This document shows positions 34,501 to 46,971 of a DNA stretch of 64,000 nucleotides, one piece after another. The DNA lies in assembly GCF_030144855.1 (NCBI RefSeq), contig NC_082712.1, positions 89,590,001 to 89,654,000 of the forward strand. Direction: 5' to 3'. The position numbers and the translations under genes were made by a program. A model generated the notes under the pieces. It was not told the origin of the DNA. It saw only the letters and a program-made list of their open reading frames with translations, and searched no databases. The DNA is from Hypanus sabinus (lineage: Eukaryota). Numbering within the stretch: the stretch's first letter is position 1; the number at the start of each line of letters is the position of its first letter.

Positions 34501-37139
34501 TGTGTCTGCCTGTCATACCTTTGCAAACACCTCTGTAGGTGTTTGCCTGAGGGCATCTGTGCCTGATGGGGCATGCTTGCCTGTCGATGTCTACCTGTCT
34601 GTGTTGGCCTGTGAGCATCTATCTATCTGTGGTGTCTGAGTTTGCCCAAGTGTGTCTGTATCTGCCTGTGTGTGTGTGTGCATGTGCCTGTGTCTCCTGC
34701 CTTCTCCCTGTAACCTTTTATGCCCTGACTAATAAAGAACCTATCAACATTCGCTTTAAATACATATACCCAATGACTTGGCCTCCACACCGCCTGTGGC
34801 AATGAATTCCACTGATTCACCACCCTCCGGCAAAAGAAATTGCTCCTTTTCTCTATTCTGAAGGAACATCCTTCTATTCTGACTTTGAGGTTTCTGGTCT
34901 TAGACTTGGAAACATCCTCTCCACGTCCACTCTATCTAGGCCTTTCAGTACCCAGTAGGATTCAATGAAATTCCCAGAGCCATCAAATGCTCCTCATATG
35001 TTAAGCCCTTCATTCCCGAGATCATTCTCATAAAGCACTTCTGGCCCATCTCCAATTTTAACACATTTAAAAAAATGTAATAAATAGTTATAATAACACT
35101 TTTCAGAAACAATGTTTTTAAAATTCTTTTAAAATTAGTAATTTCAATAATTTTGAACAATTCTAAAATGCTTTATCTAGAATTGTCAAAGAGTACAGTA
35201 CAGAAACAGGCTCTTCGGCCCATCTAGTCTGTGACAAACCACTTATTTCAATCTGTCTCTGTTACACTTTTATTAATGATAAAACAGTGAGTACACATAA
35301 ATAAGCAATGGAACTCATCCCTTTCCCTTAAACATGTTCATACTCATTGTTACTCATTTATTAATTATGATAAGCGTTGATCAAATTATAGTGCATAAGA
35401 TAATACTTTTTAGAATGTTCTCGCCAATTTAGGCACATGCTCTCAAAAAGATTCACCACCCCTGGGCTAGGGAATCTCTTTGCACTCTTTCCAGCTTAAT
35501 GTATACTTCCTATGGCTGAGTGAATATATCTTCACATAACACTCCACGTGACATCTCACCAACATCTTCCTGAGTCCTGAAAAAAGAGTCTCGGCCCAAA
35601 ATGCCCACTATATAATATTTTCCACAGATACTGCCCAGCCGGCTGAGTTCCTCCAGCATTTTGTGTGTGTAACTTTGGATATGCAGCATTTGCAGATCAA
35701 GTAAAAAAAAATGAAATCAAGTTTAATGATCATTCAACTATACATGGATACAGCAGAATGAAACAGCATTCCTCTGTGGCCAAGGTACAAAATATACACA
35801 GTACATTCAAAATAGAGAGCAAAAATAAAAACAGTCACAAAGAAAACATATCAATAGTCTAAGACTCTGAGCGACATGTCCCACAAATTTTACAGTTCTT
35901 GGCAATCCAAGCTGTCATTCCACCAATGGGGCTCTGGAGGATAGCATCGATGGGAGAGGCCAGCCTCAACTGACCATGGATGCCACACTACACCACCTCC
36001 AGTGTCTCCTCACTTGGATTACGGCAGCAGGCAAGCCCGCGGCTTGAGGCCTAGTCCTCACTATAACTGAGGCCATGCTGCTGCCCCCTCCGTCCGTTGC
36101 ATCACCATCTTGTCCTGCTTGAATATGACATCCAAATTTTGTTCTTGGTGCCCTGACTGATTAATGCAAGAATACCATACACCTTCTTTAATACTCTGTC
36201 TACCTGCGTCTACACTTTCAGAGAATGCTGCATCTGTACCACAGGTTTTTCTATTCTGCATCATTTACCATTCCCAGCCTAACCATGAGATGGCACCAGG
36301 TTCGGGAATAATTATTCCCCATCCCCCCCAACTATCAGGCTCCTTAACCAGCATGGATAATTTCACTCTCCCCAACACAGAACCAATTCCACAACCTATG
36401 GACTCACTTTCAAGGACACTACAATTCCTGTTCTCAACATTCATTGCTTATTTACTATTATTAGTTTTTGTTGTATTTGCACAGTTTGGTGTCTTTTGCA
36501 CACTAGTTGTTCGCCTGTCTCTGTTGTGTGTGATTTTCATCGATTCTGTTGTGTTTCTTTGTATCTACTGTGGATGCCCACAAGAAAATGAAAATGGTGA
36601 CATATATGTACTTTGATAATAAATTTACTTTGAGCGTATATGTTACAAATATTACCATCCAAATCGCAATTATAGATAACAAACAAGAGAGGACTCAGCA
36701 TTGTTCCCTGGGGCACACCACCAGTCACAGGCCTCCAGTCTGAACGGGAAACCTTCACCACCGCATTGTCTCTCCTCCCACCAAGCCAATGGTCAGGTGG
36801 GATGGGGTAGTGGCTATTGGGAAAACTTAGGGCGCTTGTTGGGAGAGGGCTGGCATTTGGGCTGAGGTAGTAACTATTAGGGGGAGTTGTTTGAGATGGG
36901 TGGAAATGTTGGGCCTTAACAAACATATATGGGGCTTCACCTGGGGTCTTGCTGTGCCTGAATTGACTTCTTGATTCCGACTGGCACTCGGTGTTTGATG
37001 CTCAGGGTTGCCTTGGTGGGGAGGGAAGGGTGCTTTCTCTGAGCGGGCAGGGACTGGGTGGAGTTTGTTCGTGGTTGGGGAGGGTGGGGGCAGATAGAAC
37101 TGTTGCATCCACCAATGTCGCTCTCTCCTCTGCCCACAG

Positions 37140-37314
37140 GTCTGGTCTCCTCAGACAAGCAGAGCGCCAATCACATCCTGAGCCAGCCGGGTGGGGGTCA
37201 AGTGGCAGTATTGGCAGTGGGTGGCCCCCCAGAGTCACTGGATGCACGGCCGGGGGCACTCACCCTCAGCCTCCTTGCCAGGAAGGGCTTCATCAAGATG
37301 GCACTGAAGACTGG
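37140..37314 (+). CDS. MOGAT1/2-type acyltransferase exon 4 (175 nt; GC donor)
   Basis: ccacag acceptor; GLVSSDKQSANHILSQPGGGQVAVLAVGGPPESLDARPGALTLSLLARKGFIKMALKTG; ends GG|gcaagt at the conserved phase-2 position. Confidence 0.92.
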
Positions 37315-37464
37315 GCAAGTTCAGAGGGCAGGGCTTGGATGATGGCGTGGGGCTTGAAAATAGTGTGGCTGGGAAAGAAGCGTGGCTGAGGCAAGGAAGG
37401 GAGAGGTTATGGTAAGGAGCAAGACCACCGGAAGTGGGTAGTGCTGGGTCAGGGGGTGGGCTTA

Positions 37465-39900
37465 AGTTGGAGAAAGTGGGCGGGGCTGGGAAGAGGGGTG
37501 GGACTGAGGCAAGTGTTTGTTGGGGAGAGGGGTGGGACTGGAGAAAGTGGGTGGAGCTGGGGAGAGGGGTGGTACTGGAGCAAGTGGGTGGAGCTGGGGA
37601 GAGGGGCGGGACTGGAGAAAGTGGGTGGAGCTGGGGAGAGGGGTGGGACTGGAGGTGGGTGGAGCTGGGGAGAGGGGTGGGACTGGAGGTGGGTGGAGCT
37701 GGGGAGAGGGGTGGGACTGGAGGTGGGTGGAGCTGGGGAGAGGGGTGGGACTGGAGGTGGGTGGAGCTGGGGAGAGGGGTGGGACTGGAGAAAGTGGGTG
37801 GAGCTGGGAAGAGGGGTGGGACTGGAGCAAGTTGGTGGAGCTGGGGAGAGGGGTGGGACTGGAGCAAGTTGGTGGAGCTGGGGAGGGGGCGAACTGGAGA
37901 AAGTGGGTGGAGTTGGGGAGAGGGGTGGGAGTGGTGAAAATGGGTGGAGCTGGGGAGAGGGGTGGGAGTGGTGAAAATGGGTGGAGCTGGGGAGAGGGGT
38001 GGGACTGGAGAAAGTGGGTGGAGCTGGGGAGAAGGGTGGGACTGGAGAAAGTGGGTGGAGCTGGGGAGAGGGGTGGGACTGGAGAAAGTGGGTGGAGCTG
38101 GGAGAGGGTGGGACTGGAGAAAGTGGGTGGAGCTGGGGAGAGGGACGGGACTGGAGCAAGTGGGTGGAGCTGGGGGGAGTGATGGGACTGGAGAAAGTGG
38201 GTGGAGCTGGGGAGGGGGCGAACTGGAGAAAGTGGGTGGAGTTGGGGAGAGGGAAGAGACGAGAAAGTGGGTGGAGCTGGGGAGAGGGTCAGGACTGGAG
38301 CAATTGGGTGGAGCTGGGGAGGGGGCGGGACTGGAGAATGTGGGTGGAGCTGGGGAGAGGGGTGGGACTGGTGAAGATGGGTGGAGCTGGGGAGAGGGGT
38401 GGGACTGGAGAAAGTGGGTGGAGCCGGGGAGAGGGACGGGCTGGAGAAAGTGGGTGGAGCTGGGGGGTGATGGGACTGGAGGTGGGTGGAGCTGGGGAGA
38501 GGGAGACGTGAAAGTGGGTGGAGCTGGGGAGAGGGATGGGACTGGAGCAAGTGGGTGGAGCTGGGGGGAGTGATGGGACTGGAGAAAGTGGGTGGAGCTG
38601 GGGAGGGGGCGAACTGGAGAAAGTGGGTGGAGTTGGGGAGAGGGAAGAGACGAGAAAGTGGGTGGAGCTGGGGAGAGGGTCAGGACTGGAGCAATTGGGT
38701 GGAGCTGGGGAGGGGGCGGGACTGGAGAATGTGGGTGGAGCTGGGGAGAGGGACTGGACTGGTGAAGATGGGTGGAGCTGGGGAGAGGGGTGGGACTGGA
38801 GAAAGTGGGTGGAGCTGGGGAGAGGGGCGGGACGAGAAAGTGGGTGGAGCTGGGGAGAGTGGTGGGACTGGAGAAATTGGGTGGTGCTGGGGAGAGGGGT
38901 GGGACTGGAGAATGTGGGTGGAGCTGGGGAGAGGGGCAGGACTGGAGAAAGTGGGTGGAACTGGGGAGGGGGGTGGGACTGGAGAATGTGGGTGGAGCTG
39001 GGGAGAGGTGTGGGAGGAGTGAAAGTGGGTGGAGCTGGGGAGAGGTGTGGGACTGGAGAAAGTGGGTGGAGCTGGGGAGAGGGTCGGGACTGGAGGTGGG
39101 TGGAGCTGGGGAGAGGGGTGGGACTGGAGAAAGTGGGTGGAGCTGGGGAGAGGGGCGGGACTGGAGAAAGTGGGTGGAGCTGGGGAGAGGGGTGGGACTG
39201 GAGAAAGTGGGTGGAGCTGGGGAGAGGGGTGGGACGAGAAAGTGGGTGGAGCTGCAGAGGGGGCGGGACTGGAGCAAGTGGGTGAAGCTGGGGAGAGGGG
39301 CGGGACTGGAGGTGGGTGGAGCTGGGGAGAGGGATGGGACTGGAGAAAGTGGGTGGAGCTGGGGAGAGGGGTGGGACTGGAGAAAGTGGGTGGAGCTGGG
39401 GAGAGGGGTGGGACGAGAAAGTGGGTGGAGCTGGGGAGAGGGGTGGGACTGGTGAAGATGGGTGGTGCTGGGGAGAGGGGCGGGACGGGAGAAAGTGGGT
39501 GGAGCTGGGGAGAGGGATGGGACTGGTGAAGGTGGGTGGAGCTGGGGAGAGGGGCGGGACTGGGGAAAGTGGGTGGAGCTGGGGAGAGGGGTGGGACTGG
39601 TGAAGGTGGGTGGAGCTGGGGAGAGGGGTGGGACTGGTGAAGGTGGGTGGAGCTGGGGAGAGGGACGGGACTGGTGAAGCTGGGTGGAGCTGGGGAGAGG
39701 GGCGGGACTGGTGAAGCTGGGTGGAGCTGGGGAGAGGGGTGGGACTGGAGCAAGTGGGTGGAGCTGGGGAGAAGGATGGGACTGGAGAAAGTGGGTGGAG
39801 CTGGGGAGAGGGATGGGACTGGAGAAAGTGGGTGGAGCTGGGGAGAGGGGTGGGACTGGAGCAAGTGGGTGGAGCAGGGGATAGGGGCGGGACTGGAGTG
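37465..39900 (+). repeat. G-rich minisatellite, 37-nt unit with 34-nt variant (GGAGCTGGGGAGAGGGGTGGGACTGGAGAAAGTGGGT), roughly 65 units
   Basis: Directly visible tandem array in MOGAT intron 4; source of the Pro/Ser-rich and Gly/Trp-rich ORFs. Confidence 0.97.
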
Positions 39901-40756
39901 GGTCTGAGAAGGGGGCTGGGTGGCAAGTGAGTGATGCTGGGCTGGTGTGAAAGCTGATAGAATGGGTAGGGCAAGCAGGCAGGATGAAAAGAAAAGGTGT
40001 GTCAGGTGCAAGGACGGGTGCACCTCGGGAAGAGGGCAAGTGTGTAATGAGGGGCATACTGGCGGGACTCTAACAAGGGTCAGAGCTTGTACAAGCAGCA
40101 GTACAGGAGTAACTGGGTGGTTTTGGGGTGAGGGGCATGGTTTGTTGTGTCGCTAGGGCAAGGAGAAGAAGGGGCTGGGCTCTGCATTGGAAGGGTCATG
40201 GCAGTGTGTAAGAAGGGTGGGACTGAAATTGAGTGTGGGATCATTGGGGGTGTGTCTTATCTATGGGGTTGGGGCTGGGGCCAAGAGTGCTCCTACCCCA
40301 CATGGTATGGAAAGTTCCATACGCAAAGAGGAAGGAAGGCTTGTGGGTGGGATGTGGAATGAAGAGAGGACTAATGGAGGGAGAAGGTAGGAGCATTGAA
40401 TGGGCGGCCTCCCCTCCCTGAAGTGCCGACCACCCATGAAGTCTTAAGGGAGGAAGAGGGAAGGAAGGAGTGAGAGGGTGGGGTTGAGTTGAGACCTGCC
40501 CATGAGCTGGGGGGGGGGGGCATCGGGGATGCATCCTCCAATACCCTTCAGATAAGATTGGCTCTTATGCCTTCCTGCCGTGGCGACAGTGTTGTGTGGA
40601 AAGAACGCGTGGGTATCGGCTATTCAGCCATTGGTGCTGTCGTCAAGCACAGCCTGAACTCTGAAGCAGGAGGGGTGGGTGGTGGTAAACAGAGCCAATG
40701 CGTTTCACAGCCGCTGGGTCCTCCGTGTGACCCCTCCCTGCCTCTCCACTCCACAG

Positions 40757-40956
40757 GGCTCAGCTGGTGCCAGTGTTTTCCTTTGGTGAGAATGAGCTGT
40801 TTAACCAAGTGGAGAACCCCCCGGGATCCGCACTGCGGGTAGTCCAGGAGAGGCTGCAGAAGATGATGGGGCTGGCAATGCCACTGTTCCATGCCCGCGG
40901 CATATTCCAGTACAGCTTCGGTCTGATCCCTTTCAGAAAACCTATCTACACTGTCG
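40757..40956 (+). CDS. MOGAT1/2-type acyltransferase exon 5 (200 nt)
   Basis: ccacag acceptor, gtaag donor; [66 protein letters not shown]. Confidence 0.95.
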
Positions 40957-41536
40957 GTAAGATCTCAGCACCACAGTAACATCTAGCATTCTCTGGGCTC
41001 GGTCGGGTCTAAGGAGGGTGTTGTTTCCCTGGGCTGGGGAATCTAGAACCAGGGGTCACAGTCTCAGAATAAGTGGTCAGATATTCATTGTAGAGGCGGT
41101 GAAATGCATTACAGCCAGCTGCAAGATCGGGGGGTTCAATTCCCTCCGCCATCTGTAAGGAATTTGCACGTTCTCCCCATGACCGCGTGGGTTTCTTCAG
41201 GGAGCGCCAATTTCCTCCCACAGTCCAAAGACTTACGGGTTAAGTTTGTGATTTGTGGGCATGCTATGTTGGCGTTGGAAGCGTAGCGACACTACAGGGC
41301 ACCCCAGGCTGACGCAAACGACGCATTTCACAGTATGTTTCGAAGTCTGGATGTACAGCAACACGTTTTCAATAAAGACATACTTAACGCGGGTAAACGC
41401 TAATGCGTTGATTTCTGTTCAATACTGACCGCTTGTGACCAGCTCACTATCATAACCCTGGGTTCTGGGTGAACCATCTGCTTTTATCCACTGGGAAATT
41501 AAGTTTTTTTTTATTGTGTACAAATAATAATTCACT

Positions 41537-42055
41537 CAGTACTGTGCAAAGGTCTATATTGAGCAAGGATGCTTAAGACTTTTGCACACTACTGTGGTAA
41601 TCTTATTTATTGTACTCTACTGCTGCCACAAAAAAAAACAAATTTCATGAAAGATGTGAGTGATGATAAACCTGATTCTGATCTGGGTCTCTATTGTGGA
41701 CTGAGAGTGGGAAGGGGGCAGGGAGAGGGGAATCATGGGTGGGAAAAGGGAGAGGGGAGGGAGTGGGAAGCACTCGAGTGACATTCTGTAATGATCTGTA
41801 AACCAATTGTTTGGTATTAAATGACCTTGCCTGCTGCCTCAATGCTGGGTGTGTCTGCAGCCACCCCCACCCCCGCCTCTGGCACTCCGCTGCCACCAGT
41901 CCCACACCCCTCCCATAGTGCTCCACCCTCACCATCCTTTACTCCTGCCAGACTTACAAACTTGCTCTCCTCTCCATGTTAACAAATACATTACTACTCA
42001 AAAGTCGTAGGCACCCTAGCTACATACATGTGCCGAAGAATTTTGCACAGTAGTG
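41537..42055. mobile_element. Composite Tc1/mariner-type MITE with a TIR pair at each end
   Basis: Motif approximating CAGTACTGTGCAAAAGTCTTAGGCAC and its reverse complement occur both at 41537-41594 and at 41989-42055. Confidence 0.6.
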
Positions 42056-43679
42056 TACGTGTAACAAGGAAAACTAATCCTTCTCTTGTTCGCCCTTTGG
42101 ACTTAATGGCTGACAACTTGAAAGAGACCCAATGTTGTTATTGGTTTATTAACTGAGGTACAGTGAAAAATGTTGTTTTGCATGTCATCTGTACAGATTA
42201 CTTCACCACATCAACACATCGAGGTAGTAATAAAGGGATGCAGAATGAAGTGTTACAGCTGTGGAGAAGTTGTTTATTTATTTTATTGAGATACAGCGTA
42301 GAATAGGCTCCTCCAGCCCTTCAAATCATGACATCCAGCAATCCCCCGATTTAACTCTGGCCGAATTATGGGACTATTTACAATGACCAATTAACCTACC
42401 AACTGGTACAACTTTTGACTGTGGGAGGAAACTCAAGGGGAGAACATACAAACTCCTTACAGGGAGCGGTGGGACTTGAACTCCGATCTCCTGTACTGTA
42501 AAGTGTTGTGCTAACCACTATGCTATAGTGCCACCCTTAGATTAGAGTGCAGGTGGACTATAAGGTGCAAGGGTCGTACTGAGGTAGATTGTGAGGTCAA
42601 TAATCTATCTTATTGTACTAGGGAACCATTCAATTGACTTTTGACAGCAGGGTAGAAGCTGTCCTTGGAGCCTGGAGGTACTTGCTTTTAGAGTTTGTAC
42701 CTTCTGCCCTATGAGAGAGGGCAGAAGAATGAATATTCTTTGGGTGAGGGTCTTTGATAATGCTGGCTGCTTTACTGAGGCAGCAGGAAGTCAAGACCAA
42801 GCCAACAGGGATAATTCATTGAAAATAGCGTCATCACGGGTTGATAGGGTCATATGTCACATTGCACTTCATAAATCAAAGTATTGATTACAGGAGATGG
42901 GATGCTATGTTGAGGCTGTATAAGATGTTGGTGAGGCCTAATTGTGTGCCATTTTCATCAGCTACCTGCAGGAAAGATATAAATGAGACTGAAAGAGTAC
43001 AGATGTTGTCAGGACTGGAGGATCTGAGTGAAAAGGAAAGACTGAATAGGTTAGAACTTTATTTCTTGGAATGTAAATGATTGAGGGGAGATTTGATAGA
43101 GGTATATAAAATTATGAGGGTTATAGATAGTGGAAAAAAGCCTCCTTGCACTTACTCTGAGGTTTTGTGGGACTACAACTCGAGGTCATGGGTTAAGGTG
43201 TAAAGTTAAAGGGGAACATGAGGGGAAACTTCTCCACTCAGAGGGTCACGAGAGTGTGGAATGAGCTGCGGGTGAAAGTGGTGCATTCAAGCCCAATTTC
43301 AACATTTAAGAGAAGTTTTGATAGGTGCATGGATAGTAGGGTTATGGAGGGCTATGGAGATATGGGTTTGAGGCAGGAATCGGCACTGAGGTAAATATCT
43401 TGCATTAAATGGCATCTTAGATCATAAAACATAGGAGCAGAATGAGGCCATTCAGCCCTTCAAGTCTGCTCTGCCATTCCATCGTGGTTGATTGGTCATT
43501 CCCCTTGATCCCATCCTGCCTTCTCCCCATCACCTTTGATGTCGAGTCTAATTAAAACTTATCAAACTCTGCTATAAAAATACTCAATGACATGGCCTCC
43601 ACAGCCATCTGTGGCAACGAATTCCACAGATTGACTAACCTCTGGCTAAATAAGTTCCTCCTTAGCTACCTTTAAACCT

Positions 43680-45075
43680 TTCAACTTCCCAAGCACCTTC
43701 TCCTTAGTAATAACAACTACATCAGTTCTGCCCGCCGACACTCTCAAATTTCTTGCATTCTGCTAGTGTCTTCCAAAGTGGAAACTGAGGTAAAATTCAA
43801 TATAAGTCTGCCATTTTTTTGACTCCATTACTACCTCACCAGTATCATTTTCCAGCTGTCTGATTTCCACTTGCCTCTTTTACTCTGTATGTACTTAGGG
43901 GAAAAACAACTTTTGATATCCTTTCTTATATTATTGGCTCTCGTACCTTCGTATTTAATCTTTTTCCTCCTTGTAGCTTATTTAGTTACCTTCTATTGGT
44001 TTTAAAAGCTTCCCAATCCTCCAACTTCCCACTATTTTTGCCATATTGCTCCTTTGCTTTTACGCTGTTTTGATTTCCCTTGTCAGCCATGGTTGCCTCA
44101 TCCTCCCTTTAGAATACCTCTGCATCTTTTGGATGTATTTATCTTCCCCCTTCTAAGTCCCCAGAAATCCCAGCCATTGCTGCACTGCTGTCATCTTCTG
44201 CTGATATCCTCTTCCAATAAACTTTGGCCAGCTTCTCTCTCATGCCTCTAATTCCCTTTACTCCACTGTAATACTGATGCATCTGTCTTTATCTTACCCC
44301 ACTCAAACTGCAGTGTGAATTCTATCTATTTTGTGATCACTGTCTCCCAACTGTCCCTATATCTTAAGCTCCCTAATCAAATCTTTTTCATTACACAACA
44401 TTCAATCCAGAATTGTCATTCCTCTAGTGGGCTCAATCTTCAGCTCTCCTAAAAGCAATCTTGTAAGCATTCTACAAATTCCTTCTCTTGAGATCCAGCA
44501 CCAACTAAACTACCTGCATATTGAAATCCCCTGTGACTATCATAACATTGCCTTTATTACATGCCTTTTATCTTTTCTGTTGAAATTTGTATCCTACATC
44601 CTGGCTACTCTTCGCAGGCCTGTATACAAGTTCCATCAGGGTCTGTTCGTCTTGCAATTTTTTAAACTCTACCCACTGGGATCTACATATTCTGATCCTA
44701 TGAAACAATTTTTTTAACAACAGAGCCATGCCTCCCCCTTTGTTTACCTGCCTGGCCTTTCGCTACAATGTGTATCCTTGGATGTAATGCTCTTAATTAT
44801 AATCTTTCAGCCACAACTCAGTGATACCTATTACACTGTATCTGGAAATCCCTAACTCTGCCACAAGATCATCTCTCTTAGTCCGTATACTGCTTGCATT
44901 CAAATATAACACCTACAGTCCTGAATTAATCACCCTTTTCGATTTGCCCCCATGTTACACTTCAACTCATCCCACTGAGTGCAATTTTGCCATCATCTGC
45001 CTGTCTTTCCTCACAGTCTCACCCCACGCTGCATCGACGCATACTAACTGCCCCATCCTCAGCCCTATCCAGTTC
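43680..45075 (-). mobile_element. CR1 LINE ORF2 5' part (APE endonuclease and linker), decayed
   Basis: rc near 44515-44555 reads KGNVMIVTGDFNMQV (APE GDFN motif); many stops and frameshifts. Confidence 0.7.
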
Positions 45076-46399
45076 CCATGGGAGAATGAGGAGGGGATTA
45101 GAGGGATGTGGCAAGGGGAAGAGGTGTAGGGAGGGAGAAGGAGGCAGAAGTGGTAGGAAAGGTGAGGAAGGAGAGAGAGTTGTGGTGATTCAGGAGAGGG
45201 GAAGAATAGATGAGGAGGATGTAGGAATCAAGCAGATTCAACTTTTTTGGCAGGTGGATATACAAAGGCACTCCTTCCTTCTGCCAGCCTGTCAGTCACC
45301 TTTGGGCAAGATATGGCACCTGCTTATCCCCCTGCACCCTGATCAGGGTCACATGAAGCCATGGGAGCAGCCGGTGCAGATCACAGTCCTGGTTATGCAA
45401 GCACTGACAACAGGCAGACAAACTCTGAAGAGTATTGATAATGGCTGGGGTCACCTGTCTTGCAAAGACACTGTCCAGAGGAAGGCAATGGCAAACCACT
45501 TTAGCAGAAAGAATTACCAGTAACAATCATGGTCATGGAAAGCCTACATCATACAACACGGCACATAATGACGTACATTGAAACACGCTGTACAGTGAAA
45601 CGTGTCATTTGCATTAACAGCTAGCATACCTGATACCATGCTTTAGGCAACCCACAAGTGTCAATGCATATTCTGGGACCAACATAGCCTGCCCACAATG
45701 CTCAGTGATATAACAGAGCCTGACAAACAACAACAGCAAAACAAGTTCTGTTCCTCCATCTCTCCCAACCACACACGTGGACAGCCCTCCAAAACCAGAA
45801 TAGGCCTCTGGGTCTCCAGGCTTCGGCCATCAGTCAATAACTTCTGGACATCCAATTGACCTCTCTCATCCCTGCTTCAGTCTTCAGAACTGACATTGGC
45901 CTAGCTGATGACGGGACCCCATGGCTCGAACTTTGACCAGCCCTCGTGCACTGACCTGGGACCGCCCGACATTCCTCAGTCCACATTGCTGGCCTTCGAG
46001 CACTAATGGAGATGGAGGGAGGGAAGGGGGTGTTGGGCTGAAGAGGAGGGAAGATGGCAAGGATAGGCAGGGAGGGAGAGTTGTGGTGATTTGGGAGAAT
46101 CTCTGGGATGAGGTGGAGAGGAGGCAGGTTGGGTGAGGAGGAGCAAGAAGAGGGGGAATGGTGGAGGAGGGAGGAGAGTGAGATTGGGAGGCAGGGTATG
46201 GTCCAGACCCTCTTAACCACCACTGTTGGTGTCTCCCGTCCCCAATCTGGACCCTCTTGCACAGGGTGAGGCCACCACGGGGCAGACATGATTGCTCTCC
46301 AACAGTAGGCAGCCACAGGGTGAAGGCAGGGAGGGCTGCTGGGTGAAGGAGGTTCGAATAGCAAGTGGGCAAATGTTTCAATATGACGCCCTCTGACAC

Positions 46400-46970
46400 T
46401 TTTCTCTTCTGCACTCTGACCCTTGACCCCCTTTCTCTAACCTTGACCCTCTGACCCATCCTTCACTCTGTGACCTTCTCTTTGTACGCCATCCCTGAAC
46501 CTCCTTCTGCCCCTGAACCCTCTCTGACCCCAACCCTCGTCTCTCTGACACTCATCTCTGAACACTCACTCCATGACACTCTATCATCACCCTTGTCTGT
46601 CTCCTCTGTCATCCTTGTTCGTCTTCAATATTCCTATTATCCCCTTCCTCCTTTCTTTCTCTCCATTTCTTTTCCTTTATTCTCTTCTACTCTCCACCCA
46701 TCCCACTCCCATCTTCCTTTCATTCACCCCCTTCTCCTACTCTCCTTCTCCATATCCCTCCATTTACCTACTCTCCATCTCCCTCTTCCCACTTCCCATC
46801 TCTTTTATCTGCCACTTTCCCCCTTCTCCCTCCGCCTTTCCCTCTTCTGTCTCCCTCCCTGTTCCCTTCTCTCTCCCTCCCCTCTTTCCCTATCTCTCAC
46901 TCCCATTCTGTTTCTCTCCCCCTCTGTCCATCATTCCCACCTCCTCCCTCCTGTGCCTTTCCTTTTCCCA
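46400..46970 (+). repeat. Long pyrimidine-rich low-complexity tract before MOGAT exon 6
   Basis: About 570 nt, strongly C/T-biased, running into the acceptor. Confidence 0.75.
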
Positions 46971-46971
46971 G

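Noticed and set aside
30741-34618. ORFs of 260-1265 aa (Cys-rich on +, RGRYPDT-type on -) as novel proteins
   Set aside because: Products of a stop-poor minisatellite open in several frames on both strands; only 31122-31326 is a real exon.
37235-40057. 940-aa extensin/mucin-like Pro/Ser ORF and overlapping ORFs
   Set aside because: Translation of the G-rich minisatellite; open in all - frames with no gene context.
46195-46345. - strand DWGRETP... resembling exon 2 (LDRETP..GGRR)
   Set aside because: Patchy similarity, inconsistent spacing, no splice sites; needs a formal alignment.
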